This document shows, piece after piece, positions 31,382-38,825 of a stretch of DNA of 60,777 bases. Under the pieces are notes generated by a model. It saw only the letters and a program-made list of their open reading frames with translations, did not search any database and was not told the DNA's origin. Position 1 is the first letter of the stretch. Each line of letters opens with the position of its first letter. Origin of the DNA: a virus. The stretch is taken from the IMG/VR virus record IMGVR_UViG_3300045988_022004, one strand, 5' to 3'. The translations under genes and the position numbers were made by a program.

Positions 31382-32014
31382 TTAGATACTCATGCTGTCT
31401 ACTAATGTAGAAAGTTCGGTTTTCATTCTGCGTTTCAATTCAGGGCTGGCTTCACTCCAAATGTCACGCATAGAGATAATGGCCTTCTCGACATGTTCTT
31501 CTCCATGCTGTTCCATTCTCTCTTTATCTTCTGATGATCCAGTTTTTGTATAATGTTTTCTTGCATCAGACCAAGAATCATATGCAGCCCCATAAGTGCT
31601 GACTGGTTTATTCATCATTTTTGGATCATTTTGATCAATGTAACCGTAACGAAGTTTCATCTGATCTGCAAACTCTGTTGGATCTCCAGTGAGATACTGC
31701 TGCATAATGTAGTCTTCACCTTCTAAATATGGCATATATCCATATCTGGTTCCATGCCCAGTTGAAGCATATCTACCACTAGAAGCATAACGATTTGGGT
31801 TGTAACCGTAAGATCCATCGCCCATAGCCTCTACAATCGACTTATAATATTTCGACTGCATGCAGTAGTTCTCAGCTTCATAAATATCTTTGATCATATC
31901 GACAACTTCGCCCATTTCATGAGCATCTACGCACTCAATTCCATGAGAAAGCTGTTCTTTGACCGAATCTACAAGAGTTGCCTTAATAGAACAGAGATCT
32001 TTCATCTTTTCCAT
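31382..32014 (-). CDS. Hypothetical Tyr/Gly-rich protein.
   Basis: Track ORF with the central stretch GSYGYNPNRYASSGRYASTGHGTRYGYMPY. Confidence 0.6.
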   Translation of the reverse strand: MEKMKDLCSIKATLVDSVKEQLSHGIECVDAHEMGEVVDMIKDIYEAENYCMQSKYYKSIVEAMGDGSYGYNPNRYASSGRYASTGHGTRYGYMPYLEGEDYIMQQYLTGDPTEFADQMKLRYGYIDQNDPKMMNKPVSTYGAAYDSWSDARKHYTKTGSSEDKERMEQHGEEHVEKAIISMRDIWSEASPELKRRMKTELSTLVDSMSI

Positions 32015-32029
32015 TTTGACGACACCTCC

Positions 32030-32434
32030 TTAGGCAAGCCTACGAACAATAAAAGCGCTGTTAGCAGCGACAGTTACGTCCGCAGTACCATTATTAGTTA
32101 CGGTTATACGATCGTAGTCCCCGCAGCAATTCTTGATTAAAGTTGAAGTAGCTACGTTATTAGAAGCGTTAGCGGCTCCAGGAGTAGCAACCATAGTTGT
32201 CTCTGCCAGGGTTACGCCACCTAATTGAAAAGCAAGCTGCACTGGAGTGCCTGCAACGGCACCCGAGATGTTACCAGCAAAAGAAGCTTCATAAATACCA
32301 TTAGCTCTCATTTTGACAGATCCTGTGTTTTCCCTATGGCACTCAGCACAGCCTGTTTTGAGAAGAACTTTGTCAAAGGTAATGGACTGACCCGCAGGTA
32401 TTACCTGGGCAGTAGTATTTGATAATTCAATCAT
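32030..32434 (-). CDS. Stand-alone beta-rich domain resembling the BclA C-terminal / C1q-TNF-like trimeric head.
   Basis: 134 aa, rich in A/T/G/N/V. The pattern is IPAGQSITFD...NGIYEASFAGN...LAFQLGGVTL...ITVTNNG...AFIVRRLA. The assignment is by pattern only. Confidence 0.3.
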   Translation of the reverse strand: MIELSNTTAQVIPAGQSITFDKVLLKTGCAECHRENTGSVKMRANGIYEASFAGNISGAVAGTPVQLAFQLGGVTLAETTMVATPGAANASNNVATSTLIKNCCGDYDRITVTNNGTADVTVAANSAFIVRRLA

Positions 32435-32453
32435 TTTATAATACCTCCATACA

Positions 32454-32481
32454 AGGGAGAGCCAATTTCTAGACCCTCCCT
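32454..32481 (-). other. Intergenic hairpin: AGGGAG / CUCCCU stem with a 16-nt loop containing GGUCUAGA.
   Basis: Read directly from the sequence, between 32499 and 32434. Confidence 0.4.
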
Positions 32482-32498
32482 AATCATTTTGACGTTAA

Positions 32499-32978
32499 TT
32501 AGCAGCAACCGTTATTAGTTGATCCGCAGTAGCATCCAAACCCGTAATTAGCATATGGATTTGGTACTGTAAATGCCGGAACAGCAGCTGGACGTAACTG
32601 ATTAACGAGATACTGGTTCTGAGCACACTGAGATGCTGTAAGCTCCAGTTTGTTAATAGCAGCCTGCTGGCTAGCGATTGTCTGATCTTTTGCATCCATC
32701 TGCATTTTGACCATTTCATCATGCAGAGCGCGATAGTTGGCATTATCATTGTCAATAATGTCTCTTGTCTGATTTTGAATAGCGTTAGTGATAGCGCATG
32801 TATTTGTAGCCATATCATACTGAATCTGAGCCTGACCCTGACGGTTCTGGCAGCAGCAATCAGCTAACTGTGTCTGGATAGCATTTGTTGACTGTAAATT
32901 TGCGATATTGGAAGCATTAGCACTGTCACTAATAGCATTCTGAAGAGCGTTAGTAGACTGAAGCAGGCTAGTGTTCAT
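32499..32978 (-). CDS. Q/N/A-rich coiled protein with an internal CCC and a C-terminal Cys cluster (GFGCYCGSTNNGCC).
   Basis: 159 aa from ATG 32978. It has three NA(L/I)QN-type repeats. The track's TTG start at 33104 runs through the leader hairpin. Confidence 0.55.
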   Translation of the reverse strand: MNTSLLQSTNALQNAISDSANASNIANLQSTNAIQTQLADCCCQNRQGQAQIQYDMATNTCAITNAIQNQTRDIIDNDNANYRALHDEMVKMQMDAKDQTIASQQAAINKLELTASQCAQNQYLVNQLRPAAVPAFTVPNPYANYGFGCYCGSTNNGCC

Positions 32979-32992
32979 AGCATAGAATCCAT
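32975..32992 (-). promoter_or_regulatory. 5-codon upstream ORF (MDSML) whose TGA overlaps the ATG of 32499..32978.
   Basis: AAAGGAG-N10-ATGGATTCTATGCTATGA. The ATGA overlap suggests translational coupling. Confidence 0.35.
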
Positions 32993-33033
32993 AGCAAAAC
33001 AGCTCCTTTCTTATTTTGATTGAAATGTTCTTA

Positions 33034-33065
33034 TCCCTAGACACAAACGAGTAAAAGTCTAGGGA
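33034..33065 (-). other. Perfect 9-bp hairpin TCCCTAGAC-N14-GTCTAGGGA in the leader of 32499..32978.
   Basis: Read directly from the sequence. Confidence 0.6.
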
Positions 33066-33144
33066 TGTTATTAAATTTTCTTTTAACGTCGCTTGGACGA
33101 TCAAAAATTACTGCAATGGAATCACCTCCCTAAACCATTTTGAT

Positions 33145-33483
33145 TTATGTCAAAGACTCGCTGGTAGCCTCTGATTCGGATGTAACAATTGGATCGTTCT
33201 TGTAGGCTCTGATGGTGACATCATTAGATAACCCATCATGGATCTCAATAACATTGTCCAGTTTGAACCCGTCGAATGTAGTGACATTTTCATTGTCGTC
33301 TGTGATCTCCATATGAGAGATATTGTCGGCATTGCGGGCCGTAGAAGCGATTCTGTCAAACACTGCTGGGGATTCATATGTTGAAGTAATGTTCAGATAA
33401 GTTCTACCTGATTGATTCTGAGCATACTCTCTTGTAAATTTGCGAATATCAACTGTCGTTCCGTTTCCGAATTTAAGTTTCAT
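33145..33483 (-). CDS. Hypothetical protein.
   Basis: Track ORF; its start overlaps the radical-SAM gene's stop by 11 nt. Confidence 0.6.
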   Translation of the reverse strand: MKLKFGNGTTVDIRKFTREYAQNQSGRTYLNITSTYESPAVFDRIASTARNADNISHMEITDDNENVTTFDGFKLDNVIEIHDGLSNDVTIRAYKNDPIVTSESEATSESLT

Positions 33484-34810
33484 TTTGATCCTCCTTACTT
33501 AATTCTTTAAGCATATTAAGTTCTTCCTCTCCAATAATAGGAATGGCCCATTCATCTGGGCAGTATATTTTGAATCTCTGTTTCCAATGTTTCTTACGAT
33601 ACCACTTATTCCAGAAGTATGCATTTGCAAGAGATCGGGTCTTGTGCATATCGCAAATATAAGTACAACGAGAATCTGGAGTTCCATTTTCTTGGTAGTT
33701 GTACGCAGAGCACCAACTGCAACCCTCGGCTATAGGGCAATAGAAGCATTCGTCACTAGACTCTGTTCTTCTGTTGATCTTATTCAGACATTCAACGCAT
33801 TGCTTGTCGCATGTTCTCTGTGCAATCCCGAAATTTACGTGGCCAATTCTAAGCGGTTCTCGAGATGTTCCTAGACTGCTCTCCATATATCTTATACATG
33901 GATAAAGCCATCCGTCTGGGTCCATCGCCAGCATGAAGCCAGTTCCTCCACACCAGTTTTCGACATCCGTTTCTTCCTTTGGTTTGAAGAAGTCATTCTC
34001 GAATAATGCCATGAAATGGTCGTCGGCTAAGTCATTTTCAAGCCAATAATCGGCTAACATTTTGAGCTGCTCATAATAGATTTTTGCATGCTCCAATGTC
34101 CATCCCTTTTCATAAACGACGTTCGCATTGATATCTTTGTATCCAAGTTCTACCATATGTTTAATCGCCGAGAATAGATGCTGCACATTACCTGGTGCTA
34201 TGGTGATCTTAGAGCCCATATAGTATCCTCTTGATATCCAATCACGAGCTCCAGCTACTGCCACATCATAAGACCCAGTACCATCTGGAAAGACTCTACA
34301 AGCATCATGCAGAGCCTTATTTCCATCGATGGTAATTGAGAAAGAGAGATTATGCCGCCATTTGTTCAGGAACTTCTGAACCTTAGGCTCAAAATATAAT
34401 ACACCATTTGAGCAAATCGAAATACAAAATTTTGTTGCCCATGGGTGCATCAACTCGATAGCCTTATCATAGAAATACGTGCAAATCTGATCAATAAGAT
34501 CCACGCATAAGAAAGGCTCTCCGCCAATAAACTCAATGATAATGCCAGGTGATGTAGAGGCGTCGATGTAGTTACCGAGGCGTTCATCTCCAGTAAGAAG
34601 CATATCAATGAGTTTCTTTGCATCTTCGAATTTCATTTTTCTCTTACCTTTGTTTATCTGATAGCAGTAAGTACAGCATAAATTGCACTCGTCTGTTACT
34701 TGAAAGGTCACGGTACGAGATAAAGTTCTTCTGTCAGATGCATTATTTGTAATAATTGTCTCAGGATACAACCTTCCGATCATATCCTGAAACTGTTCGA
34801 ACTTCTTCAT
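33473..34810 (-). CDS. Radical SAM enzyme with a C-terminal SPASM-type auxiliary cluster domain (peptide-modifying / anSME-like class).
   Basis: CNLCCTYC (CxxxCxxC, nt 34664-34687), FIGGEPFL, WCGGTGFMLAMDPDGWLYPC, and CFYCPIAEGCSWC...C. Confidence 0.8.
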   Translation of the reverse strand: MKKFEQFQDMIGRLYPETIITNNASDRRTLSRTVTFQVTDECNLCCTYCYQINKGKRKMKFEDAKKLIDMLLTGDERLGNYIDASTSPGIIIEFIGGEPFLCVDLIDQICTYFYDKAIELMHPWATKFCISICSNGVLYFEPKVQKFLNKWRHNLSFSITIDGNKALHDACRVFPDGTGSYDVAVAGARDWISRGYYMGSKITIAPGNVQHLFSAIKHMVELGYKDINANVVYEKGWTLEHAKIYYEQLKMLADYWLENDLADDHFMALFENDFFKPKEETDVENWCGGTGFMLAMDPDGWLYPCIRYMESSLGTSREPLRIGHVNFGIAQRTCDKQCVECLNKINRRTESSDECFYCPIAEGCSWCSAYNYQENGTPDSRCTYICDMHKTRSLANAYFWNKWYRKKHWKQRFKIYCPDEWAIPIIGEEELNMLKELSKEDQNET

Positions 34811-34814
34811 AGGC

Positions 34815-35144
34815 TTAGCCCTCTAATACGGTAATGTGTACGAGGTGCTCTGAAAAGTCTGTTACTGCCCATCTGAATTTAACATCTTTTCCTTCATGCT
34901 CCAGAACACGAGGCTGTAAAGACTTTTCTAACTCAGCTTTAGCAATGTCGTAGGAACACTCAGCCTCTTCAAGCAGTTTGTGATAATGCTTAAATGGTAC
35001 TGAGTCCAGCACTGAAGCATCCGTATCATCTTTCGCCGACTCAAGCATATGAGCTACAACGTCTTTTCTAGTCATAACCTCGTATGCAAGTCTCTGTAAA
35101 TAGTCAGCTGTTTCCTTGTTAAGTTCTAATGTAAAGTTTTTCAT
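34815..35144 (-). CDS. Hypothetical acidic helical protein; possible partner or chaperone of the radical-SAM enzyme.
   Basis: Track ORF between the Cys-rich gene and the radical-SAM gene. Confidence 0.55.
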   Translation of the reverse strand: MKNFTLELNKETADYLQRLAYEVMTRKDVVAHMLESAKDDTDASVLDSVPFKHYHKLLEEAECSYDIAKAELEKSLQPRVLEHEGKDVKFRWAVTDFSEHLVHITVLEG

Positions 35145-35217
35145 ATTGGTTAACTCCTTTTCTTTTAATTCATTTTATATTTCTGTTATTTCGAATAGCA
35201 CTTCGATATAGGATCTA

Positions 35218-36285
35218 CTATCCTGAGACTACAGCTCCAAATGCTTGAGCTTGACAGGTACCAGTGCACGTTGCTGAACATGTGGTAGCGCATGCGTTTT
35301 TACACTGACCGCTACACCCATTACTACACCCATCACAATTTCCAGTACATGAACCGTAACATCCAGAACCACATCCTGAACATCCACCACAGCCTCCAGA
35401 GCAGCCAGCACAACCTTGGCATCCAGTTGTACATGACGATTCGCAGCTGGCCGAACACCCACTACACCCACTACAGGATAAACTACACGAGCCAGAGCAT
35501 GCGCCATCACATGAGGAACAAGTTGATCCGCAACCGCTACAACCGCTACAACCGCTACATGACGAACATGATGAGCATGAGCTAGCACACCCCGTGCAAC
35601 TATAGCATGTTGCGCATGACGAACCTTTACCACTTGCTGAACATGAACTAGAACAAGATCCTCCACATCCAGCGCACCCAGAACAACTCTGGCATGATCC
35701 ACTGCACCCATTGCATCCACTGCACCCATTGCTACATCCGTCACAGCTACCAGTACATCCACTACATCCAGTTGTACATGTGCCAGAGCATGAGGAACAT
35801 TCGCTACACCCACCACCGCAATTACCGCTGCATCCGCCGCATCCGCTTGATCCACTGCCACCAGATCCTCCAGATCCAGTACATCCACCAGAGCAGCTAC
35901 TACAGCCGCTACATGTATTACCGCACGTCCCTACACATAGTCCAGAGCATGCTCCACGACATGAAGAGGTAGCCCCATCGATTGGCTCTTTAGACAATGT
36001 GTCAGTGTAAGATAGTAACTCGTTGTTGAACGATGACGGAATCTTAGATCCTGTCTTAAGATCGGCAGTATTCAAATTGCCATGGTCCTTAATATTCAAC
36101 AAAGGCTCGATTACTTTTTTGCCTTGGTCAGCGGTGACTTTGGTTCCAGATGTAGGAGTTGTGGAGAAGTCGTACGATGCAGATGCGAACCCAGTCATAG
36201 AACCATTGTATGCTCTACGCTGCATTTCCGTTTTTACCTTAGCTTTTAGAGAGTTTACCTCTGCCGCGGTAAGAAAATTAGGCAT
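35218..36285 (-). CDS. Hyper-cysteine repeat protein: a 108-aa N-terminal domain followed by about 235 aa of (C-X2-3)n made of C/S/G/T.
   Basis: The ATG at 36285 follows AAGGAGGTTGAAGATA. There are 63 Cys after residue 108, for example CSGCSGCSGCGSTCSSCDGACSGSC. Confidence 0.7.
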   Translation of the reverse strand: MPNFLTAAEVNSLKAKVKTEMQRRAYNGSMTGFASASYDFSTTPTSGTKVTADQGKKVIEPLLNIKDHGNLNTADLKTGSKIPSSFNNELLSYTDTLSKEPIDGATSSCRGACSGLCVGTCGNTCSGCSSCSGGCTGSGGSGGSGSSGCGGCSGNCGGGCSECSSCSGTCTTGCSGCTGSCDGCSNGCSGCNGCSGSCQSCSGCAGCGGSCSSSCSASGKGSSCATCYSCTGCASSCSSCSSCSGCSGCSGCGSTCSSCDGACSGSCSLSCSGCSGCSASCESSCTTGCQGCAGCSGGCGGCSGCGSGCYGSCTGNCDGCSNGCSGQCKNACATTCSATCTGTCQAQAFGAVVSG

Positions 36286-36416
36286 TATCTTCAACCTCCT
36301 TTTCAAAAGATTTATCTGATTTTTCCTCCAGGGGATTTTTTACATTTCGTTTTTCGTTATCTTTTGTAAAACGATCATTTCCCGATAAATACATTATCCA
36401 TATCCCCCATTTTGAA

Positions 36417-38801
36417 TTATCCCCATATCGCTGCTAATGGTACCCAGGCAGAACCATTGTAAAACCTAGCTACACCTGACGTATCAATCCATAGAAGCTT
36501 TGTATTAGATGGGGCTGAAGCGCCGTAAGAAGTTCCACCAGACGATAGCTCGGTTACAGTTCCATCTTCAGCAACATGCTTCATAGCATTTCCATTACCA
36601 GAGTCAATCCATAAAGTGCTCCTTTTGGCGTTTGGCTTTGAATCTGATTTAACAACGTCAGAACCATATATATCTAAAGCTCTAGTTGGAGTCCATTTAC
36701 TTCCGGTCCAATATTGTATGAGACTTCCACTAGATGGGTCAATCCATAAATCTCCAACTTTAGGATTAGTAGGAGCGTTTACCCCATAGCTAACGCCTCC
36801 AGACTCTGCTGATTTCTTGATTGACTCTAACAGATATTTACCATTAGGAGCATCTGCGTGGAATGACTGAACATTTCCTGGAGAGATTATATGAGTAACC
36901 GAATCGAATGATTTTAGATCGAAATTAGGAAACTTTGTATCTTCGGTGATCTTCATAGTAGAGGATTGGTATGGGGCGAATACTGTTGTGTCGGAATCGT
37001 CAAGAGTTACCATGATGTCCGAAATTGTAGCATTAACATTTGAAGCTGGGTTATTATGTTGAATCGCAATAATGACATGATGTTCGCTCCAATCATAAGC
37101 ATCATGTTTTAAAATATCAGAAAAGTTTTTAACATATACATTTGTATTTGTAAAAACTTGAATGTACGCTTCAACATTAGTTACACTTTTTTTAGCGCTT
37201 ATTTTTAGGTCATGTCCCGCTTTTAGCATTCTCAAAAGAAATGCATTACATTCATCCGTACTAATAATGAAAGCTAAAAATGATTTTTCAGTTGTTCCTT
37301 CGATTTTAATCATTCCTTCTTTTAAAGCTGTAAATGTGAGACCATTATTATTCGCAGTTTTCTGAGCATACGGATAAGAAAGAATATTCTTCCCGTATGT
37401 CTTAATATCATATCCAGAATATGGGACGAAATCGTCTATTGTAGCTTCTAGATCAGTTGTAACCATTGGCTTAAATATAAGATTTGTCACTGTTGTTCCC
37501 TTATTAATATATAACCGATAATTTAAATAAGGATAAGCATCATTTATAATTACCCCATTTCCAATATCAGATGCTACAGCTTTCAATTCTGAATTTAATT
37601 CGGAACTATTATAATAACAAACGTCAATTCGGTAAGTGTCTTGGCTTCCATTTATAGGGCAACCTAGCATCTTACATCCCCCAACAGTATTTTCAAATGG
37701 GACCGATTGCGAGCTATTACCTTGTAAATAAAACACATAGTTTTCACGTGCAGTGCCATCCAGTTTCAGCGTACCATCATTGATTTTAGTCATTTTTATC
37801 CCATAACCACTATGCGCTGCGAATGGTGGTTTTAATAAATTCCTCATGGCATTACCTAACATTAACGGAGCTTCGACAGTACCTGTTAGATCTGTTTTCG
37901 TTGACTCGATAAGAGACACTTTCTCTTTGCCTAGCTTTTCTGTTTCCAGAGTAAGTTTAGCACCAAGGTCGCCTTCGAGTTTGTTTTTCATATTCTCAAA
38001 CCACTTATCGAACTCGGCCTGAGATGATTTTTCCCACTGCTGGAATGTTGACCAGTTAGCATCGTAAGCGGCTTTAATCGTAGCAAACCACTGGTCATAG
38101 CCGTTCTTAATACTATCATACCATTCCTGATAATCCGATTTTGAAGTTGCTTCCCAATCAGCAATCTCTTTCTTAGCGGCAGCAAGCCAAGCCTGATAAT
38201 CCTGTTTCTCGCCATTCATCCAGGTATTGAAATTTGCGGTATTCTCCTCTACAAACTTATTCAAGATATCTTTCCACTGAGGTATAAGCTGTTCGATGCT
38301 AATTACCTCAAGAATACCTGTAACAAACGGGCAAGCGCTCGTCCCTACACAGTTCTCAATATCTGCCTGCCTAATGGACGTAACCTCTTTGCCAACCTTA
38401 ACGTAAGCCAACGGATACTGATGAACTTCCTTAGTATTTGTCAGTGCTGGCTTGGTAGGTGTAGAAGATGGCGTTCCTTTAATTAGTTTAATGCTGTTTG
38501 CTCTTACGGCCTCAACAGAGTTTATCTCCAAAACAATTGCGTCAATTCGGTCCATAAGAATCTCTGATGGTGGAATTGTCACTGGGTAAAGCGCATCGTT
38601 GTAACTCCAAGTATGATTGAACCATGCTCGGCCAGTTCCAACTGTTACGTTCATCTGGTTGCTTTGCTTAACGACCATACAGTCACCAATAGATGCAAAA
38701 ATTCCATCTCGAATTAAGCCATCAAATAATCTTGAAATGTCGGTAGCATCATATAATCTATCATGATCTACGGAATTAAAAAATCCAGATGCAAAACTCA
38801 T
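36417..38801 (-). CDS. Tail fibre / receptor-binding protein.
   Basis: 794 aa directly after Tal. The N-terminus FFNSVDHDRLYDATDISRLFDGLIRDGIF is typical of Firmicutes phage fibre proteins. The C-terminus has a threefold ...LWID...W.P repeat. Confidence 0.65.
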   Translation of the reverse strand: MSFASGFFNSVDHDRLYDATDISRLFDGLIRDGIFASIGDCMVVKQSNQMNVTVGTGRAWFNHTWSYNDALYPVTIPPSEILMDRIDAIVLEINSVEAVRANSIKLIKGTPSSTPTKPALTNTKEVHQYPLAYVKVGKEVTSIRQADIENCVGTSACPFVTGILEVISIEQLIPQWKDILNKFVEENTANFNTWMNGEKQDYQAWLAAAKKEIADWEATSKSDYQEWYDSIKNGYDQWFATIKAAYDANWSTFQQWEKSSQAEFDKWFENMKNKLEGDLGAKLTLETEKLGKEKVSLIESTKTDLTGTVEAPLMLGNAMRNLLKPPFAAHSGYGIKMTKINDGTLKLDGTARENYVFYLQGNSSQSVPFENTVGGCKMLGCPINGSQDTYRIDVCYYNSSELNSELKAVASDIGNGVIINDAYPYLNYRLYINKGTTVTNLIFKPMVTTDLEATIDDFVPYSGYDIKTYGKNILSYPYAQKTANNNGLTFTALKEGMIKIEGTTEKSFLAFIISTDECNAFLLRMLKAGHDLKISAKKSVTNVEAYIQVFTNTNVYVKNFSDILKHDAYDWSEHHVIIAIQHNNPASNVNATISDIMVTLDDSDTTVFAPYQSSTMKITEDTKFPNFDLKSFDSVTHIISPGNVQSFHADAPNGKYLLESIKKSAESGGVSYGVNAPTNPKVGDLWIDPSSGSLIQYWTGSKWTPTRALDIYGSDVVKSDSKPNAKRSTLWIDSGNGNAMKHVAEDGTVTELSSGGTSYGASAPSNTKLLWIDTSGVARFYNGSAWVPLAAIWG

Positions 38802-38825
38802 ATTTTTCCTCCTTTATCTTATTCT

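Noticed and set aside
33473-34810. The radical-SAM enzyme as an anaerobic sulfatase maturase, or as a QueE-type DNA-modification enzyme.
   Set aside because: There is no sulfatase gene and no C/S-x-P-x-R target in the genome. The size and SPASM domain do not fit QueE. A role with a peptide or protein substrate is preferred, but it is unproven.
35229-36010. Alternative-frame and antisense ORFs over the Cys-repeat gene (35229..35888 minus strand; 35292..35585, 35694..35972 and 35711..36010 plus strand).
   Set aside because: They are artefacts of the repetitive TGC/AGC/GGN DNA. Only the 35218..36285 frame has an RBS, a normal N-terminal domain and operon continuity.
36417-38801. Diversity-generating retroelement targeting the fibre gene.
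   Set aside because: There is no reverse transcriptase and no template-repeat/variable-repeat DNA pair. The C-terminal repeats are diverged protein modules.
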